From assembly GCA_902798595.1 (NCBI GenBank), contig CADBXE010000003.1, forward strand, positions 10,792 through 74,791: a DNA stretch of 64,000 nucleotides. Reading direction: 5' to 3'. The position numbers and the translations under genes are program-made. Under the pieces are notes generated by a model. That model did no database searches, was not told the DNA's origin, and saw only the letters and a list, made by a program, of their open reading frames with translations. The first letter of the stretch is position 1; each line of letters opens with the position of its first letter. Below are positions 53,736 to 63,044 of the stretch, in pieces. The DNA comes from an uncultured Erysipelotrichaceae bacterium (GTDB lineage: Bacteria; Bacillota_I; Bacilli_A; RFN20; CAG-826).

Positions 53736-56396
53736 ATGAAGAAAAGATTATTAGGTTTATTGCTCTTACCATTCATGCTTATTGGCTGTGGTCAACAAGC
53801 TAATAAAGAATCTTACAATCAAGAAAGTATCCAAAAAGCCACGAAGACTGGTGAAATCGGTGACTTCAATTTAACTGGTCCTGAAAATGGCTTTGTCACT
53901 GATACATATTTCACATTTACTTGGCAAGAAGCGAGTAACGCGGATAATTACCAAATTGAAATTGCCTCTACTGCCTCTTTTGTTAACGATGACGAAGACG
54001 AAGTCTACGTTAAAGAAAGTAATTTGGCGAGCAATCAATACGCGCTTAATTTTAATCTTCCTAAGAAAGATATTCTCTATTACTGGAGAGTGACCGCGGT
54101 TAATGCGGACCACACTAAGAAATCCCCAGTGGGTAATTTCTTCTGCGCTTCTCCACATATTGATGAAATCCCAATCAAGATTGAAGACGAACAAGATTGG
54201 GTCTTACATAAAGAAGGTAGCTACGCTGATATCAAGATTGATAGAAGTGACTTCTTTGGTACTGGTCATGACTCCTTAGCCATCGTCTTTGATAAAGAAC
54301 ACACATTACAAGGTAAACCAAGTAGTGATGGTTGGATCGTTATTACTAAGAGTGAAGACCGTGAGTTATATGGTACTGACTCTTTCTATTTCAATTTCTA
54401 TTATTCAGGTCACGATGCCTCTGTTTTAGTTCGTGTCTTGGACTATGACGGGGAATACTGGCATAAACAAGTACAAATCTCTAATAACGCCAAACAAACA
54501 ATCTTAATGCGTTATGAAGATTTTGAACTTAGAACAGCCGGCACAAATATCTTTAACAGAAAGTTTGACTGGCAACATATCAGATACTTTGAAATCGTCT
54601 TTGAAAGAACATTCGGTGATGGTATTTGCTTGTTCTCTAACATCAAAGCGGTCAAATACGATGACTACAAAGATATGTTCATTGAAAAGATGGACTTCAG
54701 AAGTACTGATCCAAAAGATTGGACATATGAAAACTTTGACTTTAGAAACGATATGGTCATTTCTGAAGATGGTAGTGAGTTAACACTTAACTTCACTGCT
54801 AAAAACGCAGAAACAAATCCAAATGGTTTCTCTGGTTATGGTTTCCAAAACGTTAACGTTTATAGATACTTCGTCCAAGGTGATGCAATCAGAATGAAAG
54901 TTAAATATACAGGAGCGTCCTCTAACTCCATGTTCTACTTCCGTATCTTAGAAGAAGATAACGATAGATGGCAGTTTAAGCTTTCATTCAATTACTTAAT
55001 CAAGGATGACTATAAAGAATTAATCATCCCACTTAAAGCGTTCCAAAGAACCGATTATATGACTGGTGATGGCGCGAAACAGTTCTACTTCATCCAGAAG
55101 TTTAATATCGGTTTAGCGGATAACTATTCTACAGGTAGTTTATCCATTAAAGATTTAGAAGTTATCAAGATTGATGATGTCGTGGAAAATCGTAGACGTG
55201 TCGTCTCAAATGATGGCTGTATCGATAACTTTAATGACTATAACGTCTATACGGAAATGTATTACTACTGGGATCAAAGTGTCGTCAATAAAGACGAAGC
55301 GATGAAACTTGATACTATCCATAAGAGTGGTGGTAGTTCTAATACATACTGCGCAGAATTCGACTATAAAGCGGATATGGAAATGGCGACATATCAAATC
55401 ATGTTAGACACTAAAGGTGTTAACGCTGATATGAATGCTTTCTCTATCTGGCTTAAAGATGCCTCTGTGAAATTTGATGATCCAGCGGTCTCTTATCTTG
55501 ATGAAAAAGATATCGCCGCAGAAATGACCATCCAATTAACCATGGATACAGGTGAATGGTATAGATATGTCATCGACAAAGTCGAAAAAGAATGGCATAA
55601 ATACACAATTAAGTTCACTGACTTCACATTAAATAATGGTGATCAATTATTTGATAAGCCAAATCCATTAGATGTTAACCATATCATTCATATGGCCTTT
55701 GGCTTCAAATATCTCTACTATGACCAACAAGGTAATCACCATCCAACATACGCGATTGCTAACCCAGTCTATATTGACGAGATCTACTTCACTAATGCCT
55801 CTGAAACATCCATTACAGAAATCAGTGGCACGATTAAGGAAGATACCGATAATCCAAATAGAATCACCATTGAAACAATGGAAAAATACGCGAAAGACGC
55901 AGATATCTTTGAAAACTGGAGCTACGCAACAGAAAGAGATTATAACGAAATGGCATTGGCCACTGATGTTAGTAGTCAAGGTGGTGCTAAATCCTTAAGA
56001 ATGCACTATAAGGGCTATGAATCCATCTCTTACTCAAGAGTAACGCAGTTCGCTAATACAATTACTGCCAAAGGCTTCTCAATTGATATTAAGGGTGATG
56101 GTAAAGCTACTGTTTACCTCAACCTCAACTGGAGAAGTGGTTCATCCTTAATGAAGATGAGAGTCACATTAAATAATCTTCCAACTACTTGGACACATTA
56201 CGAAATTGGCTTCGAACTCTTTAAAGATGTCAATGGTAGCAGTAAGACTATTTCCGCTAATTACGCCAAAAACATTGAATCAGTGTCCTTTGGTATCGTG
56301 AATGGCGATTACACAGCTAGTGATATCTATGTCGATAACTTAAGACTCCTTAAGGATATTGGCTATACCACTAACACAAGAACAGCAATTAACTAG
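53736..56396 (+). CDS. Large lipoprotein with FN3-like and repeated CBM-like beta-sandwich modules
   Basis: 886-aa ORF with lipobox MLIGC. An FN3-like segment (FTWQEASNADNYQIEIAS) and several ~150-aa modules with the DNF.DY...W pattern also seen in the 43166 product. Confidence 0.6.
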   Translation: MKKRLLGLLLLPFMLIGCGQQANKESYNQESIQKATKTGEIGDFNLTGPENGFVTDTYFTFTWQEASNADNYQIEIASTASFVNDDEDEVYVKESNLASNQYALNFNLPKKDILYYWRVTAVNADHTKKSPVGNFFCASPHIDEIPIKIEDEQDWVLHKEGSYADIKIDRSDFFGTGHDSLAIVFDKEHTLQGKPSSDGWIVITKSEDRELYGTDSFYFNFYYSGHDASVLVRVLDYDGEYWHKQVQISNNAKQTILMRYEDFELRTAGTNIFNRKFDWQHIRYFEIVFERTFGDGICLFSNIKAVKYDDYKDMFIEKMDFRSTDPKDWTYENFDFRNDMVISEDGSELTLNFTAKNAETNPNGFSGYGFQNVNVYRYFVQGDAIRMKVKYTGASSNSMFYFRILEEDNDRWQFKLSFNYLIKDDYKELIIPLKAFQRTDYMTGDGAKQFYFIQKFNIGLADNYSTGSLSIKDLEVIKIDDVVENRRRVVSNDGCIDNFNDYNVYTEMYYYWDQSVVNKDEAMKLDTIHKSGGSSNTYCAEFDYKADMEMATYQIMLDTKGVNADMNAFSIWLKDASVKFDDPAVSYLDEKDIAAEMTIQLTMDTGEWYRYVIDKVEKEWHKYTIKFTDFTLNNGDQLFDKPNPLDVNHIIHMAFGFKYLYYDQQGNHHPTYAIANPVYIDEIYFTNASETSITEISGTIKEDTDNPNRITIETMEKYAKDADIFENWSYATERDYNEMALATDVSSQGGAKSLRMHYKGYESISYSRVTQFANTITAKGFSIDIKGDGKATVYLNLNWRSGSSLMKMRVTLNNLPTTWTHYEIGFELFKDVNGSSKTISANYAKNIESVSFGIVNGDYTASDIYVDNLRLLKDIGYTTNTRTAIN

Positions 56397-56407
56397 AGGT
56401 GACCATC

Positions 56408-57424
56408 ATGAAATTTACTAAATTCGAAAATAATCCAATTTTAAAACCAAATCCTAAAAACCAATGGGAAGAACTTTGCGTTCTTAATCCAGCGGCTATC
56501 TATAACGAAGAAGATCAAACCTTCTACATGATTTATAGAGCGGCAGGTAATGATAAGACCCATCTTATCCATTTAGGATTAGCCACTAGTAAAGATGGTA
56601 TTAACTTCACACGTATGAGTGATAACACACTCTTAAGTGGTGACCCTAATGGTTTAGATGCTGGGGGTTGTGAAGATCCACGTCTAGTTAAAATGGGAGA
56701 CTATTTCTACTTAACATATGCCTCCCGCCCATTCCCTCCAGGCCAATACTGGAGAGAAGATAAAGAATACTTTGGTTTCCAACCAGAGTATGGTCCAAAA
56801 GTTTTAGTGTATAACAACACATTAACTCATTTAGCCATTTCTAAAGACTTAAAGAAGTGGAAGAAATTAGGACCAATTACTGATAGCCATTTCGATGATA
56901 GAGATGTCTTCATCTTCCCAGAAACTATCAACGGTAAGTTCTATATGCTCTCTAGAGCGATGGAAAGATGTGGTGAAGGCTATCCGAATAAGAATCCTGC
57001 TATCTGGTTAAGTGAAAGCGATGATTTATTACACTGGGACAATTACACCTTATTAATGCAAGGTGAAACAGATTGGGAAGATAAAAAGATTGGTGCGGGT
57101 ACCCCTCCAATTAAAACTAAAGATGGTTGGTTAGTTCTTTATCATGGTGTTAGCACTAAAGATGATGCCTACAGAGTGGGCGCTATTCTCTTAGATTTAA
57201 ACAATCCATACAAGATTATCGCTAGAACTAAAGACTTCTTAATGGAACCAGAAGAAGAATACGAAACTAATGGTTACTATAACGGCTGCGTCTTCCCAAC
57301 CGCAGTGGTGCCACATAATGGCACTTTATACATCTATTATGGAGCGGGTGATAAAGTCATCTGCTTAGCCACAGTGAAAGAAGACGAACTTCTGAAGTAT
57401 CTAAAGGAGGAATGTCATGTCTAA
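56408..57424 (+). CDS. GH130 family protein (second copy)
   Basis: The ATG at 56408 follows a GAGGTG RBS. NNPILKPN..WEELCVLNPAAIY and EDPRLVKMGDYFYLTYA are typical of GH130. Confidence 0.8.
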   Translation: MKFTKFENNPILKPNPKNQWEELCVLNPAAIYNEEDQTFYMIYRAAGNDKTHLIHLGLATSKDGINFTRMSDNTLLSGDPNGLDAGGCEDPRLVKMGDYFYLTYASRPFPPGQYWREDKEYFGFQPEYGPKVLVYNNTLTHLAISKDLKKWKKLGPITDSHFDDRDVFIFPETINGKFYMLSRAMERCGEGYPNKNPAIWLSESDDLLHWDNYTLLMQGETDWEDKKIGAGTPPIKTKDGWLVLYHGVSTKDDAYRVGAILLDLNNPYKIIARTKDFLMEPEEEYETNGYYNGCVFPTAVVPHNGTLYIYYGAGDKVICLATVKEDELLKYLKEECHV

Positions 57425-58697
57425 AAAATATTTATTACCCGTGATTGGTTTAGCGTTATGTTCCGTTGTGGCCATTGGTGTGGCCTCAGGAGCGTACGCC
57501 ACTGAACCACAAGCCCGTACATTCCAAGTTGATTTCTTTAATAACTATTTAAGAGAGGAATTCACTCTTTCTAACGGCACTAAAGGTAAAGGCAATAATC
57601 TCCTTTATAAATCCGTTGAAGCCATGGAAAATAATTTGCTTGAAAAACCAACTGATCCAGTGAGAGCGAGATATGATTTCCAAGGCTGGTATTTAGAAGA
57701 AGAATGTAAAACAGTCTGGAACTTTGAAAGTGATTTAGTAAAGGGCAACATGCGCTTATTCGCTAAATGGGGCATCGCCCAAGAAGATGAAGGCGCTGAG
57801 CCTGCTTATACTCCTCCATCCACAGTCTTACCAGGAGAAGCTGGTGTTGATTATCAATTAGAAAGCATCATGCACTTCAAAGTGGAAAATAACGTTGTTA
57901 ATCTTCCAACTGCGGCTATCGCTAAGTTAGAAGCTAATAAAGATAATGTTCTTCCACTTATGGAATATCGCGTTAAAGCGAGTTTATCAATCGCTGCGAC
58001 ATATGCAAATAACAAAATCACCATCAATATAAACGGTGAACAAGCTAGAGTTATCACAGTTAAAGATAATTCCTTGGATTTAAGAATGGATAACTCTAAC
58101 TATGAAACAAAAGCTAAGAAGTATGAGGCTAATGCCTTAGTTGAAGAAAGTTATCACGTCATGTTAGCGGGTTCATCCTCTATTGAGTTCTGGGAATCTT
58201 CTAAAGAAGACTTGGAGCCAATTGTGAGTTATAATCACGGCATTGGTGGTACCACAATCGAAGAGTGGGATACAAAACTTAATCAAAGACTAGTGTTCCC
58301 ATATAAACCAAAAATGGTGGTCTACTATGTTGGTATTAATAATGTGATTAACTCTAAACAAGATGCGACCACAATTTGGAACAACCTAAAGAACTTCTTT
58401 GACCACACACACGAAGCGTTACCAAACACTAAAGTGCAATATATCATGATGAACCTCATTCCAGGTTATACGACATATTTCGACACAATTAACGCTGTTA
58501 ACGCGAATGTTACCGAATATCAAAAGAGCAATACTTGGTTAACTCTTATTAATCCAGGTACAGCACTTCTTAAAGAAAACGGCCAACCAAACGCTGCCTA
58601 CTTTAGAACAGATGGTTTACATCTCTCCTACTATGGCTATGTCGTTTGGGGAGGCATCATCAAACAATCAATTGTTAAAGGATTAGAAAATAACTAA
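57417..58697 (+). CDS. Membrane-anchored SGNH esterase with Listeria-Bacteroides repeat
   Basis: 426-aa ORF with an N-terminal TM anchor. A Flg_new-like repeat (..RYDFQGWYLEEECKTVWNFESDLVKGNMRLFAKW). SGNH blocks MLAGSSS, HGIGGTT, YVGINN and DGLHLS. Confidence 0.7.
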   Translation: MSKKYLLPVIGLALCSVVAIGVASGAYATEPQARTFQVDFFNNYLREEFTLSNGTKGKGNNLLYKSVEAMENNLLEKPTDPVRARYDFQGWYLEEECKTVWNFESDLVKGNMRLFAKWGIAQEDEGAEPAYTPPSTVLPGEAGVDYQLESIMHFKVENNVVNLPTAAIAKLEANKDNVLPLMEYRVKASLSIAATYANNKITININGEQARVITVKDNSLDLRMDNSNYETKAKKYEANALVEESYHVMLAGSSSIEFWESSKEDLEPIVSYNHGIGGTTIEEWDTKLNQRLVFPYKPKMVVYYVGINNVINSKQDATTIWNNLKNFFDHTHEALPNTKVQYIMMNLIPGYTTYFDTINAVNANVTEYQKSNTWLTLINPGTALLKENGQPNAAYFRTDGLHLSYYGYVVWGGIIKQSIVKGLENN

Positions 58698-58700
58698 TTT

Positions 58701-59186
58701 ATGAATTATCAAATGGACGTCAGTAAAGAATATCAAACTGCGAGAAAAAGTTTGTTTACTCTCTCTTTACTTTTCTCCCTCCTATTCAGTGTGGTACTTA
58801 TTGCTGACGTTCTTCTGGTGGTTCTCGCTAATGAGGATTATCTAGTCAATCTCATCATCTCTATCGTCATCAGTATCTTGTTTGTTTGGTTTGCTATTTA
58901 TTTCTTCTCCAATATCTTCAATGATGTGAACGAAAAGTATCTCTTCTATAGAGGCTATGAAAGTGGCCTCAAAGAAGAAGGAGAAGTGGAACTAGTGAGT
59001 ATTGATGACGAGCTCAGCTACATGAACGGCCTATATGTCTACGCAGTGAGTGTGAGGTACATTAACGGTTTAGAAAGAATTGATAAAATCATCTACTCTG
59101 TTAATAAGGATTTGGGATTTAGGGTAGGTAGTAAGCTAAGCATTACGACCTATCGTAGAATCCTAACGAAAGCGAGACTCCATTAA
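58701..59186 (+). CDS. Hypothetical membrane protein
   Basis: 161-aa ORF with two TM helices followed by a soluble tail. Tightly packed in the operon. Confidence 0.55.
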   Translation: MNYQMDVSKEYQTARKSLFTLSLLFSLLFSVVLIADVLLVVLANEDYLVNLIISIVISILFVWFAIYFFSNIFNDVNEKYLFYRGYESGLKEEGEVELVSIDDELSYMNGLYVYAVSVRYINGLERIDKIIYSVNKDLGFRVGSKLSITTYRRILTKARLH

Positions 59187-59785
59187 TGAATAGCATTAAA
59201 AAGAATCGCATTAAAAACAATATGAGATATATGTGGCCAGTATATCTCGTTAGTGCGGTAGTGATCGCTATCATTCTTAACGTTATCTTTGGTATCGTTC
59301 ATAAGTTACCTGCCTATAAGACACTTACCATCTTTGTCTCTGGTGAAGTAACTGATTCTAAGGGCTTACAAAAAGACCTATTGGAAAAGTACCAAGATAA
59401 AGAACTGAAAAGTGTCACTACAATATCCGCGAAACCTAATGAAGGACATTACAACACTAAACTAACGGTACCGGGTTATAGCTCCGCGGATGTACTCATC
59501 ATTCCTATTTCTAAACTTAATAATCTAGATATTGGTTACTTCGCTTTAGATTTGAAGGATGAACTAATTACTTCCTTCTATAGTGGTTACACTCTCTATT
59601 CTCAAAAGGAAGTTAATTATGGTATCAAAATTAACAAAGAATTAGTTAAGTCCTATATGAACTTGCCTAATGAAGACTGCTATATGTTCCTTAATGGTGG
59701 TAGTCAAAATATAGGCGAATACGCTAATAAGCCAAATAAGGATCATGACTTAGCCTTACAACTAGTAAAAGACTGGGGTATTTAA
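59186..59785 (+). CDS. Hypothetical single-pass membrane protein
   Basis: 199-aa ORF. Its start overlaps the upstream stop (TAATG). One N-terminal TM. Confidence 0.55.
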   Translation: MNSIKKNRIKNNMRYMWPVYLVSAVVIAIILNVIFGIVHKLPAYKTLTIFVSGEVTDSKGLQKDLLEKYQDKELKSVTTISAKPNEGHYNTKLTVPGYSSADVLIIPISKLNNLDIGYFALDLKDELITSFYSGYTLYSQKEVNYGIKINKELVKSYMNLPNEDCYMFLNGGSQNIGEYANKPNKDHDLALQLVKDWGI

Positions 59786-60642
59786 TGAAAAAAGAAGAAA
59801 AACACATTACTGATCAAGACGCTAAACAGTCTCTTCCTACAAGTAGGAAAGAAGTGTTTTTCGACTTGTTAAGAAACCGCAAGATGACACTCTTTGCGTT
59901 ATCTTGCTATACCTTTATGTTCTTCATCCCATTAGCGGTTGATTTAATCTATTTCAATTTCGTTGAATCGATGGCAATAAGCGCTGAAAAGTTTGAATAT
60001 CTATTCTCTTTAATCTTCTATTCCATGCTTATCATGCTTCCATGTATTGTGATTGGATTTATTGGCTTAGCAGGCGCTTTCTATACAGCAAAAAAACTAG
60101 TGTGGCAAGAAGGTGTCTCTTTAGCTAGTGATTTCTTTAAAGGCATTAAAGAGAACTGGAAACATGCTCTTATTAATGGCGTAATCTTTGGCTTAGTTTT
60201 ATTTGGTTTAATCATTGGTGGTTCATTCATGCTGATATACGCCGATGTGCACGCTGTAGTGCGTGGCATCGCAATTGGAGCGCTCATCGTTCTCTTCTTA
60301 ATATTTGGTATGGTGACAGTACTTAACTTTACGCAAGGAGTATATTACGAGAACTCCTTTGGAGTCACTCTTAAAAACTCCTTCTCATTCTTAGGATTAT
60401 TAAATTGGAAAGTATTAGTTATTTATTTACTTTCTACAGGAGTGGTAGTCACTCTTGGATTATTTAATTTCCTAACTCTCGTAATCGGTTTATTACTATT
60501 TGCGGTCCTTAACAGTGTGGTTATTGTTTTGTACACACTGATCTCCCATTCCGCATTTGATAAATATATTAATCAAGAACATTACCCTGACATGGTTAAC
60601 AAGGGTTTGTATAAAGTTAGTCAAGACGACAAGGAGGCCTAA
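59785..60642 (+). CDS. Polytopic membrane protein, YesL/DUF624-like
   Basis: 285-aa ORF with ~6 TM. Its start overlaps the upstream stop. The topology and sugar-operon context resemble YesL-family proteins. Confidence 0.5.
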   Translation: MKKEEKHITDQDAKQSLPTSRKEVFFDLLRNRKMTLFALSCYTFMFFIPLAVDLIYFNFVESMAISAEKFEYLFSLIFYSMLIMLPCIVIGFIGLAGAFYTAKKLVWQEGVSLASDFFKGIKENWKHALINGVIFGLVLFGLIIGGSFMLIYADVHAVVRGIAIGALIVLFLIFGMVTVLNFTQGVYYENSFGVTLKNSFSFLGLLNWKVLVIYLLSTGVVVTLGLFNFLTLVIGLLLFAVLNSVVIVLYTLISHSAFDKYINQEHYPDMVNKGLYKVSQDDKEA

Positions 60643-60645
60643 TTT

Positions 60646-63012
60646 ATGGCAGATGTAACACTTAAACACGTTTATAAGGTTTACGATGGTGGAGTTCGCG
60701 CGGTTAACGACTTTGACCTTGATATTAAGGATAAAGAATTCGTTGTCTTCGTTGGTCCTTCGGGATGTGGCAAATCCACAACTTTAAGAATGATCGCAGG
60801 CTTAGAAGAAATTACCGCTGGTCAATTATATATTGATGGTGAACTCATGAATGAAGTTGAACCAAAGAATAGAGATATCGCAATGGTTTTCCAAAGCTAT
60901 GCTTTATATCCACATATGACTGTTTATGAAAACATGGCCTTTGGTTTAAAACTTAGACATACACCTAAGGAAGAAATTGATAAGCGCGTTAAGGCCGCTG
61001 CGGAAATCTTAGAAATCTCTGAATTACTTTCTAGAAAACCAAAAGCATTATCTGGTGGTCAAAGACAACGTGTCGCTTTAGGTAGAACCATTGTTAGGCA
61101 ACCAAAAGTCTTCCTTCTTGATGAACCATTATCTAACTTAGACGCTAAATTACGTGTCTCTATGCGTAGTGAAATTACTAAACTCCATGAAAAATTAGAA
61201 ACCACATTTATTTATGTTACCCACGACCAAACAGAAGCCATGACAATGGGTAGTCGTATTGTCGTTATGAAAGACGGCTTTATTCAACAAGCCGATACCC
61301 CAATTACTTTATTTGAAGATCCGTGTAACTTATTTGTCGCTACATTCTTAGGTAGCCCTCAAATGAATATCGTGGATGCAGAATTATTTATGGACGGTAA
61401 ACAATTAAAAGCTAAGTTAAATGATTTAGATAACATGGTTGTTACTTTCCCTGAAGTCAAGGCCAAACAACTCGCTAATAAGAAGTACATTGGACAAAAA
61501 GTCTTGTTAGGTATTAGACCAGAACACGTCCATCCAAATAATGGCGATTTAGCGGCTTTCATTGAAGTCGTGGAACACTTAGGTGATGAATCTATCCTCT
61601 ACTGCAAGATGGAAAATAGAAAAGATCAATTCATTATCAAAGTGCCATTTAATAGTAAGATTCACGCTAACGAAGATGTTAATGTGGAATTTGATATGGA
61701 ACACGCCTATCTCTTTGATGTTGATACACATAAAGCAATTATGGGCATTCCACACGAAGATGAAATCCCAGTGAGAATTAATAACAATATTTTATCGATG
61801 GGCGAACAAGACTTCGTTTTAGAACCAGAATTCATCCAACACCTATTAGATAGCGCTTTCGCTAACGATGTTAATTTAGCAATCAAGCCAGAATATGTTA
61901 GTTTAACTAGACCAACTGAGGGCAATGAAATCCCTGTTCTAGTTAAAGATAATGTCTTAACCATTGGTAAACAAACATTTGAGATTAATGAAGACAATAT
62001 GGCTTCTTTATACGACAAAGTATTTACAGATGATATGGTCTTAGTCAATCATCCATGGGATATTTCGTTAGAAGAAGTGGAAAACGCATTAGCGATAACC
62101 GCTAAAGTCACCAAAGTAGAAGAAGATGAAAAGACCAAAGTCATCAGCTTTGCCATCGATGGTGTTGAAGATGTTTATAAAGTTGAAATTTCTAAACCAG
62201 TAGTGGAAGAGGCTATAGAAGAGCCTAACGATAACGAAGGTGAAGACGCTGAGGCTGAACCAGTTGAAGAAGTTAAAACTGAACAAGCGGAAGAAACTGA
62301 AGCTGAACCAGAAGTCGAAGAACCTGATATTGTTGAAGGACAAGAAATCACCCTCTATATCCCATACGATAAGTTTGAAGTATTACCTGCTAATCGTTTA
62401 GCCATTGAAATTAAAGCTAAAGTGGAATTCATGGAACAAAAAACTGACTATCAAGCAGTTTACTTCTCCTTAAAGGGTATTGATGGATACTTCGCCTTCA
62501 AGATGAGAAACGATGAAACTGTACCTTTAGGTAAAGAAATCACCCTCTATCTACCATATCGTAGAATCAATATTTACGATCAGCAACATAACAAAGTTAA
62601 CTCTCGTGAAGCTGTTTATGAAAATACAGGTGTTGCGATGGTGAGCGTTAAAGAAAACTTAGTGAATATTAAAGTTGGTGGCGCTACTCTTACATACGAA
62701 AACAGGAATAACTATACTGATGGCAAATATGAGATTACTTTTATGCAAGATAAGCTCGTTCCAATCTACACTAAGAAGATGTTAAAGAAGAATGATAAGT
62801 TAGAAAACCCAGAAATGGAACGTCGTAATGTCATTAAAGTTTCCGCTTATGATGAAGATGTCTTGGGCAATAAGTTATTAGTGTACGTTCAAGTCCCAGG
62901 CTTTGAGAATTATCAATCATTCGTCGTGGATAATAAGTTCTCCGTTTATAAAATGCCAAAGTTTGAAATGCACGTACCTGAAGATGCATTTACATTAAAA
63001 CGCCTTGATTAA
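60646..63012 (+). CDS. MsmK/MalK/UgpC-type sugar ABC ATPase with ~420-aa C-terminal extension
   Basis: 788-aa ORF. The first ~365 aa are a canonical MalK-like ATPase ([33 protein letters not shown] and a TOBE-like end ..HAYLFD). These are followed by duplicated 55-aa segments, an acidic linker and further TOBE-like repeats. Confidence 0.85.
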   Translation: MADVTLKHVYKVYDGGVRAVNDFDLDIKDKEFVVFVGPSGCGKSTTLRMIAGLEEITAGQLYIDGELMNEVEPKNRDIAMVFQSYALYPHMTVYENMAFGLKLRHTPKEEIDKRVKAAAEILEISELLSRKPKALSGGQRQRVALGRTIVRQPKVFLLDEPLSNLDAKLRVSMRSEITKLHEKLETTFIYVTHDQTEAMTMGSRIVVMKDGFIQQADTPITLFEDPCNLFVATFLGSPQMNIVDAELFMDGKQLKAKLNDLDNMVVTFPEVKAKQLANKKYIGQKVLLGIRPEHVHPNNGDLAAFIEVVEHLGDESILYCKMENRKDQFIIKVPFNSKIHANEDVNVEFDMEHAYLFDVDTHKAIMGIPHEDEIPVRINNNILSMGEQDFVLEPEFIQHLLDSAFANDVNLAIKPEYVSLTRPTEGNEIPVLVKDNVLTIGKQTFEINEDNMASLYDKVFTDDMVLVNHPWDISLEEVENALAITAKVTKVEEDEKTKVISFAIDGVEDVYKVEISKPVVEEAIEEPNDNEGEDAEAEPVEEVKTEQAEETEAEPEVEEPDIVEGQEITLYIPYDKFEVLPANRLAIEIKAKVEFMEQKTDYQAVYFSLKGIDGYFAFKMRNDETVPLGKEITLYLPYRRINIYDQQHNKVNSREAVYENTGVAMVSVKENLVNIKVGGATLTYENRNNYTDGKYEITFMQDKLVPIYTKKMLKKNDKLENPEMERRNVIKVSAYDEDVLGNKLLVYVQVPGFENYQSFVVDNKFSVYKMPKFEMHVPEDAFTLKRLD

Positions 63013-63044
63013 TATATAATCATAGAAAAGGAATCTTAAAACTT

